64,000 bases of DNA from the IMG/VR virus record IMGVR_UViG_3300044492_000179; one strand, 5' to 3'. The notes under the pieces were generated by a model that saw only the letters and a program-made list of their open reading frames with translations, was not told the origin of the DNA and ran no database searches. The stretch comes from a virus. Shown in pieces: positions 8,924 to 17,821 of this stretch; position 1 is the stretch's first letter, and every line of letters begins with the position of its first letter. The translations under genes were made by a program, and so were the position numbers.

Positions 8924-9721
8924 ATGGCTGATCCGATCAACCCGCTCGTATGCGACCTGTCGCACTGGAACATGGCTGACGACTACGAGGCTGCAAGACG
9001 AGACGGAATCGTGGGCGTGATCTACAAGGCGACCGAAGGGCAGAGCTACACCGACGACACCTATGTCGGACAGCAACAGGCCGCGAAAGCGGCTAGGCTT
9101 TGTTGGGGCTCATATCACTTCGCCGACGCTTCCGACGTTGGCGGCCAGATCGACAACTATTTGAGATTTGCCGCGCCTGATCCAGACGAACTGTTTTGCC
9201 TGGATTGGGAGGACAACCCGAGCGGCAACGGCGTGATGTCGAAAGACGATTGCAAGACCTGGATAATCGAAGTCGAGCGCGCACTGCGGCGCGAAGGCGA
9301 ATGCGTCGTGTACAGCGGCAACACCGCCAAAGAGGCATTGGATGATGATGTCGATACGTTCTTCGGGTCACGCCGGCTGTGGCTCTGCCAGTACGGCACG
9401 ACACCAAGCTGGCAGCGGTCGTGGGACAATTACTGGCTTTGGCAATTCACCGATGGCGAGTATGGGCCAGAGCCTCATTCAATCAGCGGCGTCGGCGAGT
9501 GCGACATCAACTCCTACGCCGGAAGCGCGGAGCAGTTGGTGGCTGAATGGGCCACCGGCTCAGCCGATATACTGCCGCCAGCCCCAGCCCCGCATGACCC
9601 AGTCGTGAACATCATCATCGCTGCGTCGCCGGGCGTGATCGTGAAGGTGAGGCAGACACAATTCAGTACGGCGTACCGCCAAATGCTGCCGGATCGACGC
9701 AGGGAAGCCGACGTCGAGTAA
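8924..9721 (+). CDS. GH25 muramidase (endolysin)
   Basis: DLSHWN, IYKATEG, WGSYHF, LDWED, VYSG, LWLCQY, WQFTD and DINSY are the GH25 motif series. Confidence 0.9.
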   Translation: MADPINPLVCDLSHWNMADDYEAARRDGIVGVIYKATEGQSYTDDTYVGQQQAAKAARLCWGSYHFADASDVGGQIDNYLRFAAPDPDELFCLDWEDNPSGNGVMSKDDCKTWIIEVERALRREGECVVYSGNTAKEALDDDVDTFFGSRRLWLCQYGTTPSWQRSWDNYWLWQFTDGEYGPEPHSISGVGECDINSYAGSAEQLVAEWATGSADILPPAPAPHDPVVNIIIAASPGVIVKVRQTQFSTAYRQMLPDRRREADVE

Positions 9722-9755
9722 AGTAAGCTGTTTGACGCAAAAGGAGAAGTTGACC

Positions 9756-9977
9756 ATGAATTTAATCTATGTCGCGATCGTGCTGGCCATCATCGCGGCG
9801 GGCGTCGACTACTTCATCGGCGGCATTCAAGAGCCGTGGCGCAAGATCGTTATCGCCGGGATCGTCGTGATCTTTGTGCTCGGCCTGCTGCTGGTGCTGG
9901 TGCCAGGCGTCTTTCCACTTCGGCTTGGCCGCGTGACTGATGAAGCCGTCTTGCTGCTGGCTTGGCCGGCCGGTTAG
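9756..9977 (+). CDS. Two-TM small membrane protein, holin candidate
   Basis: RBS AGGAG; two hydrophobic helices; immediately after the endolysin. Confidence 0.55.
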   Translation: MNLIYVAIVLAIIAAGVDYFIGGIQEPWRKIVIAGIVVIFVLGLLLVLVPGVFPLRLGRVTDEAVLLLAWPAG

Positions 9978-10078
9978 TGCGCACGCATGAACATCAGCAG
10001 CAGCAGCACGGCCAGGATCGGAAGCGTGCCAGCGGAAACGACCTGCGCCACCAGCAAACGGTCGATCGGGCTTCGCAT
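9974..10078 (-). CDS. Small hydrophobic peptide
   Basis: MRSPIDRLLVAQVVSAGTLPILAVLLLLMFMRAH; ATG overlaps the stop of the upstream minus-strand ORF. Confidence 0.4.
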   Translation of the reverse strand: MRSPIDRLLVAQVVSAGTLPILAVLLLLMFMRAH

Positions 10079-10359
10079 CACAGGCTCGTTGAATAATTTA
10101 AATTCAACTGATCACCATTCACTACGGCCTTATCACCCGTGCTGAGCGTGCCGGCACTCCACAGCACGCCGCCGGTGTCGTCCTTGGTGGCGACCGCGCC
10201 GGTGCCGAAGCAGAGGAACGCACCCTTGACGGTGCCGGTGCCGGTGATGGCGAACGACAGCGCCGCCGACAATGCCTTTCCCCCAGCCGTGGCCGCCGAC
10301 CACACGGCGGTCTTGCGGTTGCCGGTATAGGTCGGCGCGTTGGCACCAACTCGGCTCAC
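10078..10359 (-). pseudogene. C-terminal fragment of a phage virion structural-type protein
   Basis: ANAPTYTGNRK...ITGTGTVKGAF...TKDDTGGVLWSAG...GDKAVVNGDQLNLNY resembles a recurrent tail-region protein; N-terminus appears missing. Confidence 0.5.
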
Positions 10360-10403
10360 GGCCCGGTGTTTGCCTCACCGGGCGGCCCGCCTATCTTACA
10401 TCC

Positions 10404-10643
10404 TCACGCGCGCAGCGGCACCACCCTGTCGCCGGTCACGCCGCCCGACACGATGTCAGCAACGTGTTGGTCCCAGACGTTGAGTGCCTGCCGCATCGGG
10501 GCTTCCAGTTGCGCGAGATTGTAGGCGGCCCTGCACACCCGATCGGAACCCGGTGTGGTTCAGACATAGCTCGACGACGTGCGGGGAGACCCCCAACTCG
10601 CACAGGCCGGTCGCCGTGGTCCGGCGCAGATCGTGCAGGGTGC
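10404..10643 (-). pseudogene. Tyrosine integrase C-terminal remnant with frameshift
   Basis: Hand translation gives TLHDLRRTTATGLCELGVSPHVVELCLNH, then after a 1-nt shift near 10530 AYNLAQLEAPMRQALNVWDQHV...VVPLRA*. This is the HxxR / H / Y catalytic box; the N-terminal part is absent. Confidence 0.85.
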
Positions 10644-10644
10644 T

Positions 10645-10740
10645 TCAGCGCGCGAAATCCAGCGCGATCAGTATGACCGCCGCGAACGCGAGCACCGCCA
10701 GCATGATCGCCAGCCACGCCTCTCGCTCCTGCGGCGTCAT
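10645..10740 (-). CDS. Small single-TM peptide
   Basis: MTPQEREAWLAIMLAVLAFAAVILIALDFAR; follows 10744-11001 directly. Confidence 0.5.
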   Translation of the reverse strand: MTPQEREAWLAIMLAVLAFAAVILIALDFAR

Positions 10741-10743
10741 GGG

Positions 10744-11001
10744 CTAACCCGCCGTGGCTGGCTTCATCGGCGCGCGCTTCTTGCGCAGCCCCACCAGAAC
10801 ACTCGGATTAGCAAGCGCCGCCGGCAATTCGGAGAGCGGTATCTGCACCGGGTCACTGGTATCTTGCTGGACGAAAGTGTCTCCAGTCGGCTCGCCAGCG
10901 TCGTCCATCGACGCTCGCTCCGGACCCATGAATACCGTCACCAGCGGATTGCTCTCACCATTCGGAACCTCAGCCTGAAACCGCCACGGGAATAGCGCCA
11001 T
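10744..11001 (-). CDS. Hypothetical protein at end of tail operon
   Basis: 85-aa ORF coupled to the tail fibre gene; paralogous fragment at 8380-8494. Confidence 0.65.
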   Translation of the reverse strand: MALFPWRFQAEVPNGESNPLVTVFMGPERASMDDAGEPTGDTFVQQDTSDPVQIPLSELPAALANPSVLVGLRKKRAPMKPATAG

Positions 11002-11002
11002 G

Positions 11003-13021
11003 TTATTTCCCCTTCCTTTTTTCGAGGGCCTCGATGCGCGTCATTGCGCCCGCGAATGCCGACGCCAGCAGTTCGACGGCCAACCACAATCGGTTCTGCA
11101 TGTCGTCCAGCGACTGTTGACCAGGCTTCCACTCGCTGGCCGTGGGCATTCCCGGCAGTGCCTCGTTGCGCAGCATCTGCTCGACGTATTGCTGCGGGTC
11201 GCGCGGATCGAAATCTCTCAGCATCTCGACAAACTTGTGCGCCAGATCATGCTTGCCGGTAGGGCTCACGGCATCCCACTGCGCGAGGTCGACCTTGCCG
11301 TGCTTGAGGTATTGCATCCCGAAGCACGTCAACGCCGTTCCACCGGAATAGACATTGCCCTGCGCGCGGACATCGCCGCCGACACCCAGCCCACCCGCCA
11401 CCTTCAGCGCGCCGGTCGTGGGGGAGGTGGAGGCGGTGGTGTCAGGGATATTCAGTGGACCCCCTGCTAAATAAAACACGCTGCCTGTCCACTGCAGATA
11501 CTTCGTGAAGGCATCGCCGAAATAATAAAGCCCGGTGGCGGGAGTTGCGGCAAGGGAGGAAACAAAAGCAGTTCCGTAAACATCCTTCGCGTTAATGTTG
11601 CCACCGATCCCCAGCCCACCCGCCACCGTCAGCGCGCCCGTGGTCGGGGAAGTACTAGCAAGCGTGCTGTCCGCCCAGACACGGCTGCCGCCAAGTTTTA
11701 GTGGCTGGAAAGAACCAAAGCCGGTCTTATCGACCCCCTCCACGACGCCGCCGATCACATCGGTGCCAATTCGAACACCGTAGGTAGGCCCAGAAACCAG
11801 CAGCGTTCCGCCATTAGCGACGGCCTCGGATATCCGCATTTGATTGCCAAAATAAGCCATCCCGCTGACACCGAGTCCGCCCGCCACCGTCAGCGCGCCC
11901 GTGGTCGTGCTGCTCGATGCGGCGAGCGACCCCACCGTCAGGCTGCCGTCAGGACCAACGGAAAAACGGTAGCTCTTGAAAGGCGAGCCCAGGAATGTCG
12001 CACCCGTCAGGTCGATTCCGTCGGTAATTGTCGGAGCACTTTTGACGGCCAGAATACTGCCCGTCGTCTGCAGCGGAGTGGCGCCGTACTCTTCGCCGAC
12101 CTGTATCAGCGTTCGCCAGCCCACCGCGCTAGGCTGATTGGAAAACAGCACGGCCGCGTCGTTGCGACTGCCGGCCACCGCGTCCTTGGAGGTCTGGACG
12201 ATCTTGAGGCCATACTTGTTGAGCGCGCTCGAGCCGGCCTCTAGTTGGGTGTTATACTCCGATATGCTCGCCTCCAGCAGGTTCTTGGCCGCGGGCGCAA
12301 GCCAAACGACAGGGTTGGTCGCAAAAACATAACCGCGCTCGCTCCCGACCCCGCCACCGTCCGACGACGTGGCCTGCCCCAGGAACATGGCGCCGACGTA
12401 AAATTGATTACTGTTGGTCGGCGCCGAAGGCGCGTCCAAGCTGGTAATGACCTGCAGCCCCTGCCGGCCGCCCTTCATCGCGGCCCCGCCGAAGGTGTGC
12501 ACAATCGCCAACCCGTCCACGAAGCCGGTTCCGGCATCGAGCGTATCGCTCCAGACCGAGACCTGGTTCAGGGCGCCGGTGTTGGCTGTGCGGGGGCGAA
12601 CGCCAAGCGTACCGGGCAGCAGCAGCGCCGCCGCGCTGCCGGCGATCGTGCCGGCAGGATTCTGGTAGACGTCGAGCGCCCGGTCCGTGGCCGGCGGCGC
12701 GACCTTGGCCGTCGCATTGACCGTCAGCTGCCCGCTCATGGCGTCACCGGCCTTGGACACCTTTGGCGTTTCGAGCTTGGCGTCGGAAATGCCGCCGTCG
12801 AGGATGCCGATATTCACGACCGTCGTGCCGCCGCCACCGGACAGGCCGTCGCTCACACCGACGGAATGGATAACCCCAGGCACGCCGTCGTCGCCCTTTG
12901 CCCCTTGCGGACCGGGCGGGCCCTGCTCCATCGTCTGGATGACTTCGGCCATGTCATCGAGCATGACAACAACAGACGCGATCCCGACATCCACATCCTG
13001 CGTGACGACTACCTCTTTCAC
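11003..13021 (-). CDS. Tail fibre / receptor-binding protein
   Basis: Short collagen-like GPPGPQG, Gly/Ser/Thr-rich body, three S(T/P)TTGAL(T/K)VAGGLG repeats, C-terminal coiled coil MTRIEALEKR typical of fibre chaperone ends. Confidence 0.8.
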   Translation of the reverse strand: MKEVVVTQDVDVGIASVVVMLDDMAEVIQTMEQGPPGPQGAKGDDGVPGVIHSVGVSDGLSGGGGTTVVNIGILDGGISDAKLETPKVSKAGDAMSGQLTVNATAKVAPPATDRALDVYQNPAGTIAGSAAALLLPGTLGVRPRTANTGALNQVSVWSDTLDAGTGFVDGLAIVHTFGGAAMKGGRQGLQVITSLDAPSAPTNSNQFYVGAMFLGQATSSDGGGVGSERGYVFATNPVVWLAPAAKNLLEASISEYNTQLEAGSSALNKYGLKIVQTSKDAVAGSRNDAAVLFSNQPSAVGWRTLIQVGEEYGATPLQTTGSILAVKSAPTITDGIDLTGATFLGSPFKSYRFSVGPDGSLTVGSLAASSSTTTGALTVAGGLGVSGMAYFGNQMRISEAVANGGTLLVSGPTYGVRIGTDVIGGVVEGVDKTGFGSFQPLKLGGSRVWADSTLASTSPTTGALTVAGGLGIGGNINAKDVYGTAFVSSLAATPATGLYYFGDAFTKYLQWTGSVFYLAGGPLNIPDTTASTSPTTGALKVAGGLGVGGDVRAQGNVYSGGTALTCFGMQYLKHGKVDLAQWDAVSPTGKHDLAHKFVEMLRDFDPRDPQQYVEQMLRNEALPGMPTASEWKPGQQSLDDMQNRLWLAVELLASAFAGAMTRIEALEKRKGK

Positions 13022-13362
13022 CGCGTTGCTCCCGCATTATTCGTCAGCAGACCTGACCAGACGCGAATCTTGTTTCCGTACATCGTTAGGATGTTCGAGT
13101 GGTCAAACTCGCCAAGGCCGAGCTGCACCAGCGTGCCCTGCTGAATTCGCACGGAAAATTTGCCAGCCACTGGATCGATCAGGACGATTTCGCCGGTATC
13201 GGTCGCGAGACGCAGCAGTGCGATCGCGTCTTTCGCGTGCCGCCGCAGCATCATCTCCATCGAGCCGCCGGTCAAATCGATCGGAGCGCCGTCGATCGTC
13301 TGGTACGAGAACGAGCGGTAAAAGTCCGCGTCGTTGTAGGTGGTGATGTTGACGATGGCCAT
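13018..13362 (-). CDS. Tail/baseplate-associated small protein
   Basis: PIDLTG..MEMMLR...IVLIDPVAGKFSV pattern; position between fibre genes. Confidence 0.6.
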   Translation of the reverse strand: MAIVNITTYNDADFYRSFSYQTIDGAPIDLTGGSMEMMLRRHAKDAIALLRLATDTGEIVLIDPVAGKFSVRIQQGTLVQLGLGEFDHSNILTMYGNKIRVWSGLLTNNAGATR

Positions 13363-13374
13363 GACGAACGAACC

Positions 13375-13950
13375 CTAGGCGAATGCAGTGTCGATCTGCG
13401 CCAGCGTCGTGGTCGTGCCGGCGTCGATGTCGGTGAACACGCCGGACGAGATCGTGAAACAATTGTTGATGTGGGCTTGCAGCTCATCACTCATCGCGGT
13501 AACGGCAGCGTCGTCCAACGACCAGAACGAGCCATCGGCCGCGTGCCATTGGGTACTGGCTTGCGTCACCAGCCTGATACCGTTGATCTTGGCCTGCGAG
13601 CGGTCGTCGGTCTTGATCGGCATGCCAGAAGTCAACGTGATCCCGCCCTGCTCCTTCCGCCAGCGCGCATCGCTGGCATAGGCTTTCAGTTGATCTTTGC
13701 TGTACGTGCTCAACGCCGGTTGAATGAACGACGCCGCGTTGAACAGCCAAGACGGCAGTCGCGAACCGTTGGAACGCACAGCGTCCGCCAACTCAACCTC
13801 GTTGACGATAGGGGTCGCTTGGCCGTTGGCCGTTTGCCATGCAACATAATTTGCGTCGCCGCTCGCAACCATCGTGTTGGACTTGCTCTGATAGACTTGC
13901 GTGGTTGAACCAGCAATCGACCAGTAGTGATCTGCGATGTTCATGTTCAT
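13375..13950 (-). CDS. Tail fibre assembly-type protein (DUF4376-like)
   Basis: ARWRKEQGGIT..GMPIKTDDRSQAKING...WHAADGSF pattern; follows a tail fibre gene. Confidence 0.75.
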   Translation of the reverse strand: MNMNIADHYWSIAGSTTQVYQSKSNTMVASGDANYVAWQTANGQATPIVNEVELADAVRSNGSRLPSWLFNAASFIQPALSTYSKDQLKAYASDARWRKEQGGITLTSGMPIKTDDRSQAKINGIRLVTQASTQWHAADGSFWSLDDAAVTAMSDELQAHINNCFTISSGVFTDIDAGTTTTLAQIDTAFA

Positions 13951-15257
13951 GCGTATTGTCCTCCGCTGGAGGTGCTGCCCGCGACAGTTCCTGGCAGATA
14001 GGATACGCCTCTGCCTATCGTCTGGATCACGCCATTCGTGTTCGCGCTATATTTTGGGCCGGTGGCATTTGAGAAGCCGGTGTATGACTTCCAGATTGGC
14101 CTCGCCTGCCCGCCTTCAGTCGCGCCAACGAATGCAGAGCCGAACGACGCCGCTCCTGAAATGATCATGTCCGGGTCAGATGGCAGCCCTACTCCACTGA
14201 GCAGTTGCCCGTTCGTGTATGCGTGCTGATGAAACAAGGAGGCACCGCCGTTGATCGTTTGTGTCCCTTGGACGAGCGTAAACCCACCGGGCCCGGTGAC
14301 GATGTGCGAGCCGACGACCGCGTTCCAGTAAGCAACAACAATGTGCAAAGTAGTCGCTCCAGACGACCAAATGCCGTGGCCCTGATCGCCCGGTGCTTGC
14401 GCCGTCGTGCGGAAGCTGAAGCCGTCAACGATGTAGCTACCTCCATTCCGCATATGCCACGCCGACCCGGTCCCGACGTTGAAGATGGATACCGCGGCGG
14501 GGTTGCTGACATTACCGACGAGATGCACGTTGCCAGACCCGTTCGGCATCGGAAACAGGACCGGACTTGAGTTGCTATAGACGCTGTCGGCCACGTGAAT
14601 ATAAAAGTCCCAGCCACCAAGGTTATACTTGACCATCGTGCTCAAGGCTTTCTGGATCGTCCGAAACGGACCACCGTGTGGTCCTGTGATGGTCGACGAG
14701 GTGCCGTCGTACAATGAATCATCCCCAGTAACGCCGTTGACGTAGAGGTGGCTGGTCGCGACCATAATGACAGACGCGCTGGGATTCCCCCCGCCGACGA
14801 GTTGAAAGTAGGCCCCGTCATAGATGACGTCGATCAATTGCCCGGCCGTTAGCTCGTATGCCAGCATCGCCGACAGATCGGAGTGGATGAGCGGCACCGC
14901 GCCCAGGCCGCTGACGTTGACGGTCACTTGCGACGTGTTGCCGGAAGCTAGCTTGATGACCATGCGCAGACCGGCCCTGTAGGCTGTAACAGGGACGACA
15001 GGTGCGACCGCAACCTGGTTCGGCGCACCGACATCGACACCATAGTTGATCTGGCCGCTCTGCACGGCCTTCGCGAGTTGCAGCAAATCGGAATTCGTCG
15101 GCGTCAGTCCGGTGACGTTGATGAGGTTGACAATTTCCCGTTGCGGGTACTCGATCGACGCCGCGGGTGGGATCGACCCCATCGTGCCGGTCTCGGGATT
15201 GCCGTTGATGTAAATTGCGTCTTCGTCCGAGTTGCCAAAAGGTGCGTTGTATTTCAT
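13947..15257 (-). CDS. Tail fibre protein (baseplate-proximal)
   Basis: N-terminus YINGNP...IPPAASIEYPQREIVNLI...DLLQLAKAV typical of Mu-like fibre attachment domains; after the baseplate wedge genes. Confidence 0.75.
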   Translation of the reverse strand: MKYNAPFGNSDEDAIYINGNPETGTMGSIPPAASIEYPQREIVNLINVTGLTPTNSDLLQLAKAVQSGQINYGVDVGAPNQVAVAPVVPVTAYRAGLRMVIKLASGNTSQVTVNVSGLGAVPLIHSDLSAMLAYELTAGQLIDVIYDGAYFQLVGGGNPSASVIMVATSHLYVNGVTGDDSLYDGTSSTITGPHGGPFRTIQKALSTMVKYNLGGWDFYIHVADSVYSNSSPVLFPMPNGSGNVHLVGNVSNPAAVSIFNVGTGSAWHMRNGGSYIVDGFSFRTTAQAPGDQGHGIWSSGATTLHIVVAYWNAVVGSHIVTGPGGFTLVQGTQTINGGASLFHQHAYTNGQLLSGVGLPSDPDMIISGAASFGSAFVGATEGGQARPIWKSYTGFSNATGPKYSANTNGVIQTIGRGVSYLPGTVAGSTSSGGQYA

Positions 15258-15258
15258 G

Positions 15259-16233
15259 TCATGGTGTCCCTGTCAGGAAGATACGGCAGTGCGGATCGAT
15301 GCCGCATTGATGTTTGCCAACCTCGAACCAGACGTGTCGTGGCATGTCGGCCATTTCGGAGTAGTCGAAGATGATTTTGGTGTGTGCCGGCTTCCAGCGA
15401 TTGAGCAGGCATTCCAGGTCGTCGGCAAGGCCGATGCGCAAGTGCGGATCGATGCCGCATTGGCCGCCGCCGCTGCCGACCCGGAACCAAATCAGCTTCG
15501 ATTGATCGACGTGGACCGTCCAATAGAAGCGGTTGGTCTGTGGGCCAAGCCCATAGCTCGGCCACGCCGATAATTGCCCTTCCGCAACCGGGGTGCCGCG
15601 CTCGTTGACGATGGGGTCGCCCCATTCGTCGTACATCGGCAGCGGCGGCGTGCCATAGACGCGGCTGTCGCCACAACGATCGATGCCTACCACCCAAGGC
15701 CGATACTCCGAGATCGTAATTCCGTAGCCAAGCTGCGCGGCGACCTTGATGAAGAATTCGCGCGATTGCGCGCCCTCCATCGTCATCCGCATGACCAGCG
15801 CACGCTGGCGCTCGCCAATCGTCAGCGGCTCGGTGTAGCAAGGATCGGGTAGCCCCCAGTTGCGCTCCCAGTCCGGCAGCAGTTCCAGTGTACGGCGCGG
15901 GTCGCTCTCCTGTTCGAGCAAGTCGGCCGCGCGGGTGTCCACGAAGCCCCAGATTTGCGCCAGCCCCCTGACCGTACGCATCAATGCTGCGAGCGGGTCG
16001 CGTGGCCATGCCGGTCCACTCGGCAACAGGCCGGTGAGTGGCTCCGCATAGTCGTCGCCTGAGCGGCGGGCGTGAACGTCGGTCGCTGGCACAGGCACCA
16101 CCTGCGACGGCGGCGCGTCCAGCGGCGCGGGCGGCGGCGGGGCTGGTGGACCCACCAGGGGCGTATAGCCGTCGGTGTCGCCGTAGAAGTAGCGCTTGCC
16201 TGGAAGCGGGTTTGTGTAGGGGTCGTCGGTCAT
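15259..16233 (-). CDS. Baseplate wedge protein, YmfQ/DUF2313 (Mu gp48-like)
   Basis: LLPSGPAW...ELLPDWERNWGLPD...LECLLNRWKPAHT. Confidence 0.85.
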   Translation of the reverse strand: MTDDPYTNPLPGKRYFYGDTDGYTPLVGPPAPPPPAPLDAPPSQVVPVPATDVHARRSGDDYAEPLTGLLPSGPAWPRDPLAALMRTVRGLAQIWGFVDTRAADLLEQESDPRRTLELLPDWERNWGLPDPCYTEPLTIGERQRALVMRMTMEGAQSREFFIKVAAQLGYGITISEYRPWVVGIDRCGDSRVYGTPPLPMYDEWGDPIVNERGTPVAEGQLSAWPSYGLGPQTNRFYWTVHVDQSKLIWFRVGSGGGQCGIDPHLRIGLADDLECLLNRWKPAHTKIIFDYSEMADMPRHVWFEVGKHQCGIDPHCRIFLTGTP

Positions 16234-17303
16234 GCGAAATAGACCGTGCCCAGCACCGCCATGTGCCCAAGCGACGGCATGACGACGGTGTCGAAGGTCA
16301 GCTCGTGGTGCTCCTCGCCAATGGCACCGCTAACGGCCTCCGCAACCCACGAGCGATAGATCGTCTGTCCTGGAGCTGCGTTCCTGAACAGCATGTCGGA
16401 CACTGCCTGCACGACGGCGTTGCGGGTGGCGTCGTCGTCCCGCGTCAGCGCGCTGACCGTGAGGTCGATGTACTGGATCAGCGGCGCGAAGCAGTAGCAC
16501 TCCATCACCGTGACCGGTCGCATTGTGTCGAGATGGTCCGACACCGTCTGCACGTCGGCCGGCGTCGGCCAGCCGCCCGTCGACGCGCGCAGGTCGTCCA
16601 TCAGAAAACGCGTGGTGATGGTGCCTGCGCCCTGCTCCGACGCCGCCCACGCGCGCGTGACCCCCGGCATCTGCATCGCCCAAATTTCATAATCGGCCTG
16701 ACTGCCGCCCATCGCAGGGTTCTGGATGCGCTTGAGGATGCGTTCGCGGAGCTGCTCGTCGCTCTCCTCGTTGACGCCGCCGTCCATGTCGCCGTAGAGC
16801 ACCGCGCTCGGGATGCCCGCAATCGGGGTGATGAGCGCGATCCCCTCGCCGTCCGGCATGTTGCCGACCGTCCCGGCGGTCAGCGCCACCGCGTCGGCAT
16901 TACCAGTGCCCCCGATCCCGATCAGGGCTTCGGCGATGGTCTGGTATCGCACGCCGTTGGCGCCCGACAGCAGCGTGCCGACCGCGACGGTGAACCCGCT
17001 GGTGCCGGTGAACTGCACCGTGCCGCTGGCGTAGGTCGCCGCCTTGCGTCCCTTCGAGCCGTCGGCATTGACCAGCCAGATGTTGCCGTGGCGATCGAGC
17101 CATTCGCGCTCGGCAGTGTCTGGCAATAACTGCTTGGCCAGCCAGTCGAGATAGAGGAGCACCAGATTTGCAAGGCCTGCCATGGCATCGGACATGATGC
17201 GCAGGGCCGAATTCGGGACCATTGCCTTTGCACCAAGCTGGCTGAGCACGTAGTCGCGTGTCAGACGGCGCGTTTCTTTCAGCGTGGGCGTAATCCACGG
17301 CAT
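16230..17303 (-). CDS. Baseplate J / Mu gp47-like protein
   Basis: Start MPWITPTL at 17303; LLPDTAE, ESDEQLRERIL, GGSQADYEIWA, GVTRAW motifs. Confidence 0.9.
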   Translation of the reverse strand: MPWITPTLKETRRLTRDYVLSQLGAKAMVPNSALRIMSDAMAGLANLVLLYLDWLAKQLLPDTAEREWLDRHGNIWLVNADGSKGRKAATYASGTVQFTGTSGFTVAVGTLLSGANGVRYQTIAEALIGIGGTGNADAVALTAGTVGNMPDGEGIALITPIAGIPSAVLYGDMDGGVNEESDEQLRERILKRIQNPAMGGSQADYEIWAMQMPGVTRAWAASEQGAGTITTRFLMDDLRASTGGWPTPADVQTVSDHLDTMRPVTVMECYCFAPLIQYIDLTVSALTRDDDATRNAVVQAVSDMLFRNAAPGQTIYRSWVAEAVSGAIGEEHHELTFDTVVMPSLGHMAVLGTVYFA

Positions 17304-17821
17304 CAGGGCGCTCCCTCGATGAGCTGCTGCCAGAGATCGGCGAAGCGTAGTTCGACGGCAGGTTCCGGGCCCCGGTAGATGACGACGCGAACGTCGATGC
17401 GGTCGATGTCGGTCTGCTCGGCGATCACGTCGATGCGTGACGCTATCCTGTTGGTGACGAACGGCCGCATGGCGTCTCGGGTCCAGCCGTCCACGCGCGC
17501 GAGCGTGGAGCCGCTGCGCGCCGACGGCCCAGTGATCTTGGCCCTGCGAAGCAGCCACAGCAGGCTGCCGACCGGCCAGCCGCCCCATATCTCCTCTGCA
17601 TCCATATCGGCCCACCAGCCGAACCTGTCGGTGCTGTCGGGGTCGGGCAACTCCTCGGTCTGCGGTGCCAGCGCGTTGGTGCCGAGTGCGATAATCACGG
17701 CAGTTTGCAGATCGTAACCATCCGCGATCAGGTTCTGGTCCGTCAGCAGCCAATCGAGATTGACCGCATAGGCAGGGAAATCGAGCTGCTGCAGGTAGCG
17801 GATGTCGCCGCCCGGTGTCAT
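17303..17821 (-). CDS. Mu gp46-like baseplate protein
   Basis: LQTAVIIAL.T...GWWAD...GSLLWLLRRAK. Confidence 0.85.
   Translation of the reverse strand: MTPGGDIRYLQQLDFPAYAVNLDWLLTDQNLIADGYDLQTAVIIALGTNALAPQTEELPDPDSTDRFGWWADMDAEEIWGGWPVGSLLWLLRRAKITGPSARSGSTLARVDGWTRDAMRPFVTNRIASRIDVIAEQTDIDRIDVRVVIYRGPEPAVELRFADLWQQLIEGAP

Noticed and set aside
9930-9960. Hammerhead ribozyme core (CTGATGA)
   Set aside because: No correctly placed GAAA and flanking stems; same for occurrences near 14225 and 36036.
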